DNA from: an uncultured virus (IMG/VR IMGVR_UViG_3300009080_001637) | Lineage: Duplodnaviria; Heunggongvirae; Uroviricota; Caudoviricetes | Length of the DNA stretch: 64,000 bases | Virus record (IMG/VR): IMGVR_UViG_3300009080_001637 | Reading direction: 5' to 3' (one strand) | Shown here: piece by piece, positions 7,893 to 17,130 of the stretch | Numbering within the stretch: the stretch's first letter is position 1 | Layout: the number at the start of each line of letters is the position of its first letter | Notes under the pieces: model-generated | The model's input: the letters and a program-made list of their open reading frames with translations, nothing else | Told to the model about the DNA's origin: nothing | Database searches by the model: none | Program-made: the position numbers and the translations under genes

Positions 7893-9089
7893 ATGGCAGA
7901 TTTACCAGCACTTACCTATAATATGGGTTCAATATACACATTCACCCCTGAAACCTCGCCAGACAATAATACAACACCATTTCTCACTGCTATATCTTCC
8001 GCAGTTGAAGCTTCGACTTATTGGCAAGTCACGACATCCTCAATTGGGACAGATTATCCGGCGGTTATGATTCAGCCAAAAACTACCGGGGAAAGCTATT
8101 CTGATCAAAGAATTGTTTTTGTCTCAGGTATGTGCGATGGGGTTGATGATGGGGTTCGGACTGCGGATATTGCAAATAATGTTGGTTCGACTTCCACAAG
8201 TGATGATCCTTTTTTATGGATGGGAATGGCTGTATCCGCACCTACTGCTTCAATCTGTTCTGGGACTGCTGGGGATTGGAGGCACAATGGAGGTCAAACA
8301 CCATTCGCACCCGAACACCGGTTTAGCGGTTGGCACCCAGTGTGTTCTCAAGCCCCTTCAAGCCGTAAAATTGATAATTTTCACATTGTCGAAAGTGCAG
8401 AAACCTTTTGGTTATATGCTGGCAGCGGTGGGGCGGCGAATATGGCATATAACTCTTTAATTGGAGCAGGAGCTATTTTTGTCCCATTCAGGAATTTAGA
8501 CGGGCACTCTTCCGGGTCTAGCGATGCATATCGAGGTTATGGTATGGTAGGTGGTTCACCTCACCCTATTACTAACGACACCAGCGATACGAAGCGGAGT
8601 TCATTTTATTATTCTGACTCCAACGCCACGACCTCAAACGGTCCATACGCTGAATCATTCAGAGAATATTCTTTGTTTGGTGGTGCAATGCCAGCTTCAG
8701 CGGACTATGGTGGAAGAATGTATGCCTTTTTATCGTCGAGTATAGATGGAAACACTCCCGATGATGCTTGGAGACAATTATCTCGTATAAATGCTCTTAT
8801 GCCAAGCATTACAAACGGCGACGGCGATGGCTTAGCTGATGGACATAGATTATCTTATGTAGATGATGATAGTAATACCCGATTTTTAATGTTGCCTTTA
8901 ATTTATAATGATCTAACAACCCTAAGAGTGAGTTGTTATCTTAGACAGGTGTGTTGGGGGCCGCGATCTACGAACAGAGCTGTTATAAACAATTCTTCGG
9001 GATCAGCAGTTGCATATGTTGTCTCTAGGAATACAAGTGCTGCTCATGGTGCTAGTGTTATCTTCCACAATCAAAAAACTTTCACATAA
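7893..9089 (+). CDS. Ser/Thr/Gly-rich beta-type protein, probable virion structural or fibre protein
   Basis: 398-aa ORF, AAGGAG RBS; function from composition only. Confidence 0.6.
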   Translation: MADLPALTYNMGSIYTFTPETSPDNNTTPFLTAISSAVEASTYWQVTTSSIGTDYPAVMIQPKTTGESYSDQRIVFVSGMCDGVDDGVRTADIANNVGSTSTSDDPFLWMGMAVSAPTASICSGTAGDWRHNGGQTPFAPEHRFSGWHPVCSQAPSSRKIDNFHIVESAETFWLYAGSGGAANMAYNSLIGAGAIFVPFRNLDGHSSGSSDAYRGYGMVGGSPHPITNDTSDTKRSSFYYSDSNATTSNGPYAESFREYSLFGGAMPASADYGGRMYAFLSSSIDGNTPDDAWRQLSRINALMPSITNGDGDGLADGHRLSYVDDDSNTRFLMLPLIYNDLTTLRVSCYLRQVCWGPRSTNRAVINNSSGSAVAYVVSRNTSAAHGASVIFHNQKTFT

Positions 9090-9107
9090 TGAATTGGAGT
9101 ATCTAAG

Positions 9108-9425
9108 ATGACAGAAAAAAAGATGCAGTCTGGTATTGTTAATGGCAATACCAGTTTACAAAAATATAAAAATTCTTTTTTGAGAGGATTTAATGTAGAT
9201 GATTATAGTTCATCACAGTCTCCCGAAACATTCGAAGAAATAGAACAAATCTTTATAGAAACGACCGGAAGAGAGACCCCATTATTTCTCGATGATATTG
9301 ATAGTTCATTATCAAGATACGGGATCCCAGAAAATTATTATTGGTTGAAAGGGTCGACAGAAGGTTCATGGGCACTGGTTAAATTCCCTCTGGAAGTCGG
9401 AGATCGAATGTGGAAGGTCGAATAA
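9108..9425 (+). CDS. Hypothetical protein
   Basis: 105-aa ORF with GGAG RBS. Confidence 0.6.
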   Translation: MTEKKMQSGIVNGNTSLQKYKNSFLRGFNVDDYSSSQSPETFEEIEQIFIETTGRETPLFLDDIDSSLSRYGIPENYYWLKGSTEGSWALVKFPLEVGDRMWKVE

Positions 9426-9762
9426 CCTCCAGTTCTTCTCTCTTAAGCCAACACTCGCCATCCCAGAATGACCCTTTATGAGGGATAACCCAACACTTGT
9501 GATATAAATCCATATCTATCTCTTCGGATTCTTCTAAAATAATTGCCAGTCTTTGTGGGTTTATCCTTTCATATTCTTCGGTTTTTACTGAAGACCATGG
9601 GTTGGAGCCGATGACCATGCGAGATCTTATAGCCTTTTTTTCGACTAACTGAAATTGATCATGCTCTGCGCCTCCCTCCACTTTGGATTGTGGAAGCGAA
9701 GGCTTCCAATAATGTCTATTATGTCTTAATTTGACTAATTGTCCAGTTTTTAAAATTTTCAT
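9379..9762 (-). CDS. Hypothetical protein (SH3/KOW-like pattern)
   Basis: MKILKTGQLVKL...W...ELEVI; AAAGGAG RBS and ECF-type promoter upstream. Confidence 0.7.
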   Translation of the reverse strand: MKILKTGQLVKLRHNRHYWKPSLPQSKVEGGAEHDQFQLVEKKAIRSRMVIGSNPWSSVKTEEYERINPQRLAIILEESEEIDMDLYHKCWVIPHKGSFWDGECWLKREELEVIRPSTFDLRLPEGI

Positions 9763-9784
9763 TTCAAAGCTCCTTTGTTATCCT

Positions 9785-9816
9785 ATCTATTAGACGCTCG
9801 GAGGTGGGTGTTATTC
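9785..9816 (-). promoter_or_regulatory. ECF-type promoter, copy 1
   Basis: Minus strand GAATAA-N14-CGTCTAATAGAT; back-to-back with CTATTTAT at 9827. Confidence 0.65.
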
Positions 9817-9874
9817 GCTTTATTTACTATTTATATAAAAAGATTTGAAGAAACATTGAAAGAAGGAACCTCTC

Positions 9875-12601
9875 ATGTCGCAATATAAAAATTTTTATGA
9901 CAAATGGAAACTATTTTTATTAGATTCACCCAAGGTAGAACGATTAGATGAACTGAACTATAAAGAAGCTAAGGAGATAGAGGACTGGATATCTGCGTCG
10001 TCGCCCGAAAAATATTCTTTTGACAACCTATTTGGGAACAAAATGAGGATCCTTATCCCACTGAAGTTTGCAGAAGAGAATTTGTCACCTTCCGCAAAAG
10101 ACATGCTTCAGAAGGTGAAGGCCTTCATTGAGTTGTCCGATATTTGGAGCTACGACAATGAGTCTTTGTCGCGAGGGTCTGTTTACAAAATTAATCAACC
10201 AAAAGATTTTGGACCAGACTTAAATCTTAAAAGATATAAAAGAGAGACACCTCCTCCCGCTAAAAGGACTGAACAAAAAATAGTCAAGTTCTTAAGTCGG
10301 TTTAGTAATAGTAAAAAACTCGATCAAGATAGTAAAGATAAACTTAGCGAGCTAAGTATGGTATGGGGAGATGAGGCGGATAAACTCATATATTCCCAAG
10401 GTTCAATAATAATTACACGACACCCAATGGATGTCGCGAGGATGGCTGATATAGATGGGGTCAGATCGTGTCACTCTCCCGGTGGGGATTTTTATAAATG
10501 TGCGGTGGAAGAAGCGATGGGGAACGCTCCCGTCGCGTACTATGTCTCAAAAAATCAGCTAGACAAATTGTTGGGTGACGAAGATATAAGTAGTCTTGAT
10601 AATCAAGAAATTATTTTCGATAAAGACCGAGGGATCGAGGGTATTACCCCAACCTCCAGATTAAGGTTAAGAAAATTTACGGGTAAAAAGGTCAACAAGG
10701 AAGATTTTGAACTTGCTATTCCCGAACTTACAGTGTATGGGAACCCAACTGCCCATTTTCGAGAGACGGTCACTCAGTGGGCGCTGAACAGTCAATTAAA
10801 TCAAATTACTTCTGATCCCGAGCAAGCGGAAAAACTTAGAAATATGAGCTGGAGAGAGGAGTATATTGAAGCAAAATATAAAGTCCAAGTAGCGAAACAT
10901 GGAGTAACGAGGTTTCAACCTGTTGGATCGGCAGGAGATTGGTTAGAATATCTCGTAGATGATATGAAAAAACAAATGCATTCGTTATTCCCGGACTTTT
11001 TCAATGGGGATATAAAATGGCACGGGGGCAGTTATAAAGATTCTCATACTACCGATATGTTTATAAATTTCTTTGGTATTTCAAAAAAATCTGCTGCTGA
11101 TGTTGATGGGCCTTGGATGGATCGGGGTTTGAGCACACGAAATAGTATTACCGAGCTTTTCCCGGCGAAATTCTTTGAATATATTAAGGAAAAATACCAC
11201 ACCAATTCGGACGTCTTTCGCGGAAGTGAAATGTCGGATGTGAAGGATCAGATAACTGAATTTATGTATGATTTTGAAGAATCCGTTCTGCAGGGCTATG
11301 ACGGCGAGGGTGGATCGCATCAGGGTCAAGGTACGGGAGCTTATAATCGGGTGATGGATATTTACCGATCGGCAAAGCAAGAGATTGAAAATGCCTATGA
11401 TCGAATTCTTCAAACTCGCGCAAACAGCGGTTTTCTTACACTAGGATTTGAGGATGAGTTTGAAGACGAAGACGATTACGAATTCGGACCTGAGGTATGG
11501 GGAGAAATGTTGGAGAGTATGAAAATACCTGTTAATTATTATATTAAGACACGGTTTCTTTTATATTTTCCAGAAGAATATCAAGATTTTGGCGCGTTTA
11601 TAGATAAAAAGCTCCCACCTGAACGTTTTGCGGATGAGGTTAAAGCCGCCGTTCAAGAAATAGTGGGTGGTAAGGCAGCTGAAGTATGGAAATATATTTG
11701 GTGGGCAGCTATGACACACGGTCTGTACGCCAATGCATATGAAAGGGCTGGTAAGACTGGTTGGGAGCTTGAATTCGAAACATATTTGGGCGATGAGGAA
11801 GAGGAGTCGCCGGAGACGGATGGGCTGGTCATTTCTAAAAGAAAAAAACAAATCCTAAACGATATAAAATCATTCAAAATAATAGTAGCTAAGAAGGCGG
11901 AAATTTTAGAGAATATAAAAAATAGGATTTCTATTCTTTATCAAGAAGATGGGGTAAAAGAGGATGAGACTTCGGCTGAACCTATCGAAGAAGCCAAACG
12001 CGGAAGAAAAAAAACCATCAGACGAAAAACAGCAAAGCGTCGCACTGCGAAGCGCAACAAGAGGGTGAAAAAGAAATCCGAAAAGAAAGATGCTTGTTAT
12101 CATAAGGTTCGATCACGCTATGATGTTTGGCCATCCGCCTATGCAAGCGGGGCTCTTGTTAAATGCAGAAAAATGGGTGCCAAAAATTGGGGAAATTCTT
12201 CTAAAAAGAAAAAAGCCAACGAAAGACTGGATTACGGTCAAAATTTGTTAAGCGAAGAAATGTTGGAATCTATGGTAATTGACACTCTTATAAGAGAGAT
12301 TTTGGAAGAAAAAAAGAAAAAAACCAAGAAGAAGGGGCGGAAACTAACACAAAAGGCCTCTTCTGAGGCAGACTTGCGGGATTGGTTTAAAAGAAAGGGT
12401 GCAAAAGGAAAGAAAGGTGGGTGGGTTGACTGTAATACCTGTCGAAAAGACAAAAAAACAGGCCGAAAAAAGTGCTCACCTTGTGGAAGAAGCGATGGTG
12501 AAAAGAGAGCTAAGTACCCCTCTTGCCGTCCGACTCCCGGGGCGTGTAGCCAGAAAGGAAAGGGTGAAAAATGGGGCAAAAAATCTAAAAAATCTTCATA
12601 A
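9875..12601 (+). CDS. Large protein, paralogue 1 of the 'RHPxDVxRM..SCH' family, with C-terminal basic Cys-rich modules
   Basis: N-terminal ~400 aa align by eye with ORFs at 20477 and 22882; C-terminal KKDACYHKVRSRYDVWPSAYASGALVKCRK and LRDWF..GWVDCNTC..PCGR..KYPSCRP modules. Confidence 0.85.
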   Translation: MSQYKNFYDKWKLFLLDSPKVERLDELNYKEAKEIEDWISASSPEKYSFDNLFGNKMRILIPLKFAEENLSPSAKDMLQKVKAFIELSDIWSYDNESLSRGSVYKINQPKDFGPDLNLKRYKRETPPPAKRTEQKIVKFLSRFSNSKKLDQDSKDKLSELSMVWGDEADKLIYSQGSIIITRHPMDVARMADIDGVRSCHSPGGDFYKCAVEEAMGNAPVAYYVSKNQLDKLLGDEDISSLDNQEIIFDKDRGIEGITPTSRLRLRKFTGKKVNKEDFELAIPELTVYGNPTAHFRETVTQWALNSQLNQITSDPEQAEKLRNMSWREEYIEAKYKVQVAKHGVTRFQPVGSAGDWLEYLVDDMKKQMHSLFPDFFNGDIKWHGGSYKDSHTTDMFINFFGISKKSAADVDGPWMDRGLSTRNSITELFPAKFFEYIKEKYHTNSDVFRGSEMSDVKDQITEFMYDFEESVLQGYDGEGGSHQGQGTGAYNRVMDIYRSAKQEIENAYDRILQTRANSGFLTLGFEDEFEDEDDYEFGPEVWGEMLESMKIPVNYYIKTRFLLYFPEEYQDFGAFIDKKLPPERFADEVKAAVQEIVGGKAAEVWKYIWWAAMTHGLYANAYERAGKTGWELEFETYLGDEEEESPETDGLVISKRKKQILNDIKSFKIIVAKKAEILENIKNRISILYQEDGVKEDETSAEPIEEAKRGRKKTIRRKTAKRRTAKRNKRVKKKSEKKDACYHKVRSRYDVWPSAYASGALVKCRKMGAKNWGNSSKKKKANERLDYGQNLLSEEMLESMVIDTLIREILEEKKKKTKKKGRKLTQKASSEADLRDWFKRKGAKGKKGGWVDCNTCRKDKKTGRKKCSPCGRSDGEKRAKYPSCRPTPGACSQKGKGEKWGKKSKKSS

Positions 12602-12602
12602 T

Positions 12603-12707
12603 TTACTCATCTTTTGGCTTAAAATTCAAATTTACCACCAAGAATAATATCATTCCCGATGGGATCGCCGCACAGATTAACGAGTTTAGTATTATTTCCC
12701 ATTCCAT
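12603..12707 (-). CDS. 34-aa single-pass membrane peptide
   Basis: MEWEIILNSLICAAIPSGMILFLVVNLNFKPKDE*; AGGAG RBS; ECF-type promoter upstream; not in the ORF track. Confidence 0.65.
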   Translation of the reverse strand: MEWEIILNSLICAAIPSGMILFLVVNLNFKPKDE

Positions 12708-12729
12708 AATTGTTATCTCCTGTTTTTAT

Positions 12730-12761
12730 ATCTATAAGACGAGACTAAAGGGTTTTTATTC
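12730..12761 (-). promoter_or_regulatory. ECF-type promoter, copy 2
   Basis: Minus strand GAATAA-N14-CGTCTTATAGAT; back-to-back with CTATTTAT at 12772. Confidence 0.65.
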
Positions 12762-12802
12762 ACTTTTTTTACTATTTATAGTGATATAAGAAGCGAAGGA
12801 GG

Positions 12803-13498
12803 GTGCCAAGCACAATGAAAAATAAAAAAAATTCTAAGAAAAAAATTATCTACATAAAGAAGGTAAAAAAATCGGCTGGATTGGACAAAAAAGGTTATTT
12901 AAAAGAAAATCTTGTCAATAAAGCGAAACTTCCGTTTAAAGAATTGAAATTAAATGAATCTATTTCTATTAGAAAATTCTCAGAAACTATCTTAGAGGCT
13001 GATTTGGTCTGGCATCGAGATAAGGAGCCTAGAAAGATTACAGTTTTAGAAGATACTAACTGGTCAATCGAATTGGAGGGTCATGCGCCACTTATCTTGG
13101 AAAAAAATGAAGAATTTTTTATCCCGAAAGGCCAGTTTCATAGGGTCATCAAGGGGTCTGGCCCTTTTATGGTCAAAGTTGAAAAAATGCCAACTAAATA
13201 TCGTCATGTTATCGAAGAAGCTGAATATCAAGGCAAAAAAGTTAAGCTAGGTAAGCCGAAGAGAGGAGGATCAAAGAAGTTTTATGTATATGTCAAGTGT
13301 AAAGGTAAAGTTCGCAAGATTTCTTTCGGATCCAAAGGAATGGCTTTGCGGGTTTCAGAGCCAAAGCGCAGAAAATCGTTCGTTGCGCGGCACAAATGTA
13401 AACAGAAGAAAGATCGATGTACTGCCGGGTACTGGTCATGTAGAATTGGTCGATATCCGAAGTTGACAGGGGCGAAAAGTAAATATACTTGGTGGTGA
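12803..13498 (+). CDS. Cupin-like domain fused to a basic Cys/His module (start may be ATG 12815)
   Basis: LVWHRDKE..FFIPKGQFHRVIKG (cupin); EAEYQGKKVKLGKP..KKFYVYVK..RRKSFVARHKC..AGYWSC module typical of large phages. Confidence 0.75.
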   Translation: MPSTMKNKKNSKKKIIYIKKVKKSAGLDKKGYLKENLVNKAKLPFKELKLNESISIRKFSETILEADLVWHRDKEPRKITVLEDTNWSIELEGHAPLILEKNEEFFIPKGQFHRVIKGSGPFMVKVEKMPTKYRHVIEEAEYQGKKVKLGKPKRGGSKKFYVYVKCKGKVRKISFGSKGMALRVSEPKRRKSFVARHKCKQKKDRCTAGYWSCRIGRYPKLTGAKSKYTWW

Positions 13499-13536
13499 AT
13501 AGATACTAAGAGGAAACCTCACAAGAGAGATAGAAG

Positions 13537-13662
13537 ATGAATGAATTTTTAGAAATATTTTACTATCTATTGATTATTATATTGTTTTTTCCTTGGTTTT
13601 GGTTTATACTTATAACATACGCAGTTTATAAAACCATAAAAAGACTAAAAAATGAAATATAA
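13537..13662 (+). CDS. 41-aa membrane peptide
   Basis: MNEFLEIFYYLLIIILFFPWFWFILITYAVYKTIKRLKNEI*; overlaps the start of the next gene. Confidence 0.5.
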   Translation: MNEFLEIFYYLLIIILFFPWFWFILITYAVYKTIKRLKNEI

Positions 13663-14407
13663 AACAATTTTTATCTCGGATGTACACCTCGGCTCTCGTG
13701 GGTGTCAAGCAGACCTTCTTTTCAATTTCCTCAGTCACAATCAAGCGGACAATCTATACCTTGTAGGTGATATACTAGATATTTGGGCACTGAAGCGTGA
13801 GCTATACTGGCCGCAAAGTCATACTAATGTCCTAAAACAAATATTATCGGCCTCAAAGAAAGGCACTAAAATCTATTATATTCTTGGTAACCATGATAAA
13901 GAGTTTCGTAGGTTTTTGAACCTCGAACTTCAATTTGGGAACATAAGTATCCACAATCAGCTTCCATATATCTCCGGAGAAGGAAAAAAATATCTAGTTA
14001 TTCATGGTGATCAGTTTGATTCGATTATTCAGTCAAAAACCGGGCCCATTTTAACGTGGGTAGGCAACCATGCGTATTCTCAGCTCCTCAGGGTAAATAT
14101 ACTCATAAATCGCCTTAGAAAGCGGTATAAGCTGAAGTATTGGTCGCTTGCAGACTTCATGAAGAGGAACACAAAACAGGTCTTAGACTTTATGAACTAT
14201 TTCGAGGAGGCGGCACTAAATTATGCCAAAAAGAATGGTTATGATGGTGTCATCTGTGGGCATATTCATTATTATAAGATAAAAGAGCACGATAGTTTAC
14301 TATATATGAACGACGGCGATTGGGTAGATTGTTGTAGTGCGCTAGTAGAAACCTACGACAATAAATTCAAAATTATAAAATGGACAGGAGAAATAGATAA
14401 TGAATAA
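13652..14407 (+). CDS. LpxH/YbbF-like metallophosphoesterase (UDP-2,3-diacylglucosamine hydrolase family)
   Basis: ISDVHLG, LVGDILD, GNHD, IHGDQFD, ICGHIH, YMNDGDWV motifs. Confidence 0.85.
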   Translation: MKYKTIFISDVHLGSRGCQADLLFNFLSHNQADNLYLVGDILDIWALKRELYWPQSHTNVLKQILSASKKGTKIYYILGNHDKEFRRFLNLELQFGNISIHNQLPYISGEGKKYLVIHGDQFDSIIQSKTGPILTWVGNHAYSQLLRVNILINRLRKRYKLKYWSLADFMKRNTKQVLDFMNYFEEAALNYAKKNGYDGVICGHIHYYKIKEHDSLLYMNDGDWVDCCSALVETYDNKFKIIKWTGEIDNE

Positions 14408-14987
14408 ACTAAAAAAAGCTGGATTGTGGGTATTTTACACCTTTTTCTTGCGGATTGTACCTTATTGGTACCGTTTTACCATGTTTTTAACTAAAAGTAG
14501 TGAATATCCCGTAAAAACTTACTCGACTTATATTCATATCCTCGATGCACTGAGCTATGGGTCTAGGTGGACTAGTGACCCTCTTGGAGGCGCGCTTGAC
14601 AATTTATATCACCCCACTAGGGTCCAAGAACACATCAAAAAGGGTGAAGACATCGGAGATTGTGACGATCACGCTGTTTATTGGGCTACGACGCTTCTAA
14701 AGTCTAAATTGGCCAGAAGAGCTTGGATTAGTTTCTATCAATACCAAAAAAACGACACCGGCCAGTTTGGTGGACACGTCATTTGTGTTTTCGAATCTAA
14801 AAAGACCGGAGAGCTAATGTGGGTTGATTACCGCCCGCCGTTAAAGATGGAAAATAGATCAAGTTGGATTAAGCATTTCGAAAAAACTAAGAACAGGACG
14901 GCTCTCTATGCAGCTGAAATCCCTGTTATAGGGCTTCACGGTGATGACACCCCAATCTTGGGAAAACCCAGAATTTTACTCTATTAG
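14400..14987 (+). CDS. Transglutaminase-like cysteine protease fold protein with N-terminal hydrophobic segment
   Basis: GDCDDHA (Cys), GHVICV (His), WVD (Asp). Confidence 0.7.
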   Translation: MNKLKKAGLWVFYTFFLRIVPYWYRFTMFLTKSSEYPVKTYSTYIHILDALSYGSRWTSDPLGGALDNLYHPTRVQEHIKKGEDIGDCDDHAVYWATTLLKSKLARRAWISFYQYQKNDTGQFGGHVICVFESKKTGELMWVDYRPPLKMENRSSWIKHFEKTKNRTALYAAEIPVIGLHGDDTPILGKPRILLY

Positions 14988-16069
14988 ACCCCGATGGTCT
15001 TGATGTGGGTGTCGTTTTCGGCGACAGCGTTAGTCGTGTGATAGATAAACTGTGCAGCGTCCCTAAACTCCTCTAGTGTACGACAACCTGAGTAAGATAG
15101 AGCAGAGGCTAACGAGTCTTGTATCGCCTGCAACGTTGTCCTTATTTCCCCCTTATAAGGAATTAAAGATTGAATGCCTTCTATGTGTCTTTTAGACCCA
15201 GTCGCCTGATGAGAAGCCATTCCTCTATAAATTCTATACCTTTTATCCTTGATAAATATATCTTGGCCGGGTGATTCTCTATGCCCTGCCAAGATTGAAC
15301 CCAACATTACAAGATCAGCGCCAGCGGCGAGAGATTTTGCTATATCACCTTCAACACGGTGACCGCCGTCCGCTACAATCAGAGTTTTGCCCCCATTACA
15401 ACGAGCATAGCCAGAATCTGCAGCTAAAAGCACGCTAGTTAGTACAGGCATACCCGTACCAGTTTTTAATCTCGTTGAGCAAATAGAACCAGATCCTACC
15501 CCCATTCTTACGGCGTCCGCTCCACATTCAACAAGAAACTCAAATCCTTCTTTATCTGTCACATTACCTGCCATAACGATTGCATTGGGGTACAGGTCTT
15601 TAAGAAGTAAAATCTTATCACCAACGTGTGTATTGAATCCGTTTGCAACATCTAAACAAATTATCTGAGCGTTTCCACAGATCGCTTCGAGTTTTTCTAA
15701 ATTGTCGAAAGTACTAAAAGATACTGACACGCAGATGGGTGAGTGCGGTTGTTGTGATTCTATTAAACGAATTTCTTCCATAGCATTAACCCGGTCATCT
15801 CTGGGGACTATAGATAGTGCTCCGAAGACCTCCCACATTTCTTTATACAGTGAAAAATCATATACGGTGTCCATCGGGGCTGCAATGACAGGTAGATTAA
15901 TTTTAATTTTTTTGTCATCGCTATTCGGTAGATCCAGCTCTTGAGACAGATCTACCTCTTTTCTACTCTTAAGGTCTGAAAGTTGTTGTCTCAGGAGGAC
16001 ATCATCGAAGCATACCATAGGTCTACACTGTGAATTGTGAATTTTCTCTCTATATCTAGTGTTTCTCAT
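14984..16069 (-). CDS. IMP dehydrogenase / GMP reductase family enzyme (no CBS domains)
   Basis: FDDVLL, AAPMDTV, LDVANG, GVGSGSICSTR (catalytic Cys), ADGG, YRGMAS; guaB vs guaC not resolvable by eye. Confidence 0.9.
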   Translation of the reverse strand: MRNTRYREKIHNSQCRPMVCFDDVLLRQQLSDLKSRKEVDLSQELDLPNSDDKKIKINLPVIAAPMDTVYDFSLYKEMWEVFGALSIVPRDDRVNAMEEIRLIESQQPHSPICVSVSFSTFDNLEKLEAICGNAQIICLDVANGFNTHVGDKILLLKDLYPNAIVMAGNVTDKEGFEFLVECGADAVRMGVGSGSICSTRLKTGTGMPVLTSVLLAADSGYARCNGGKTLIVADGGHRVEGDIAKSLAAGADLVMLGSILAGHRESPGQDIFIKDKRYRIYRGMASHQATGSKRHIEGIQSLIPYKGEIRTTLQAIQDSLASALSYSGCRTLEEFRDAAQFIYHTTNAVAENDTHIKTIGV

Positions 16070-16089
16070 CTTGACTCCTTTTTTTGTTT

Positions 16090-16119
16090 ATGATAGCATG
16101 TATCCAATAGAAGCGTCAA
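16090..16119 (-). promoter_or_regulatory. sigma70-type promoter for IMPDH/GMPR
   Basis: Minus strand TTGACG-18 bp-TATCAT with extended TGn; divergent from CTATTTAA at 16139. Confidence 0.6.
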
Positions 16120-16164
16120 GCTTTTATTTATTTATAAACTATTTAATAAGGAGAACCCAATACG

Positions 16165-16437
16165 ATGTCAGTGAAAAGTGTCAAATCAAAAGAGCTGGAG
16201 AGTATATTCTTAAAGTGGTATAGTTCTGATGACTATCCACACGAGAATACCTGTCTAGAATGGAGAGAGTACGACCCTCAAACCAAACAAGTGTTTTTTT
16301 ATGTTGTTGGAGAGTGGAACAGAGATATTAAAAAAGGGCTCAAGGAGTGGTTTAGACAATACAACGGTAAAATAACTATTTCTAGGATTATTAATACTTA
16401 TGGGACAACAGAAGACTGGGCCGAAAAAGAAAGCTAA
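16165..16437 (+). CDS. Hypothetical protein
   Basis: AAGGAG RBS, late-type motif upstream. Confidence 0.7.
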   Translation: MSVKSVKSKELESIFLKWYSSDDYPHENTCLEWREYDPQTKQVFFYVVGEWNRDIKKGLKEWFRQYNGKITISRIINTYGTTEDWAEKES

Positions 16438-16732
16438 TTCTTCACATCGAAGCATCGAAGATACCCTCCCCGAGGGTGTAGATGGATTAGGTGGCCCATC
16501 CTTATCTCATGTCCATTTATCAGAAAATTCTTTTATTGCCTCAGTCTCTCCTGATAATAATATATCTTATTCTTATAAACCATATACTTATGTTGAGACC
16601 TATCCCGTGCCGAAAGAAGGCAATTCACCGTTTACCGGCACCGAAATTGTTCTATTTTTTTTGTCAGGTTGCCTCCTAAGTGTTCTATTTATCTTGGCAG
16701 TTGTTTTATTAACAGTGAGAGTCACTAATTGA
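16400..16732 (+). CDS. Hypothetical protein with C-terminal transmembrane helix
   Basis: IVLFFLSGCLLSVLFILAVVLLTV; start uncertain. Confidence 0.5.
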   Translation: MGQQKTGPKKKANSSHRSIEDTLPEGVDGLGGPSLSHVHLSENSFIASVSPDNNISYSYKPYTYVETYPVPKEGNSPFTGTEIVLFFLSGCLLSVLFILAVVLLTVRVTN

Positions 16733-17130
16733 AAAAAAACATTGATAACATAATAATTATCTTAAAATATTCTGATGGTGAACTTCTTGAGTTACTGATC
16801 GGGTTTGTTAGGATGTTTTTGTTCCCATACTTGGTAATTACATCATTGTTCTCCATATGGTGGCTCCTTCCGGTTTCTATAATGGCGGGGGTATATCAGA
16901 TATTAGCCACATCCAAAAGAGATATTAATTGCAGACATAAAGCCAACTTTGTCTCGTTTGTTGCCTCTTTGTTAATTTGTTTTATTGTGGGAAAAGAATA
17001 CGACAGTCTTTTTCACTATCATTTTGTTTTTTCTTTTACCATATGGCTAATTACAATTGTAAATTTTTCCAAAACAAATTATCAAATTATCAAATCACTT
17101 AAAGGAAGTACAAGTCGTGACGATAAATAG
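16729..17130 (+). CDS. Multi-pass membrane protein (holin-like candidate)
   Basis: About 4 hydrophobic segments in 133 aa; overlaps both neighbours. Confidence 0.6.
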   Translation: MKKNIDNIIIILKYSDGELLELLIGFVRMFLFPYLVITSLFSIWWLLPVSIMAGVYQILATSKRDINCRHKANFVSFVASLLICFIVGKEYDSLFHYHFVFSFTIWLITIVNFSKTNYQIIKSLKGSTSRDDK

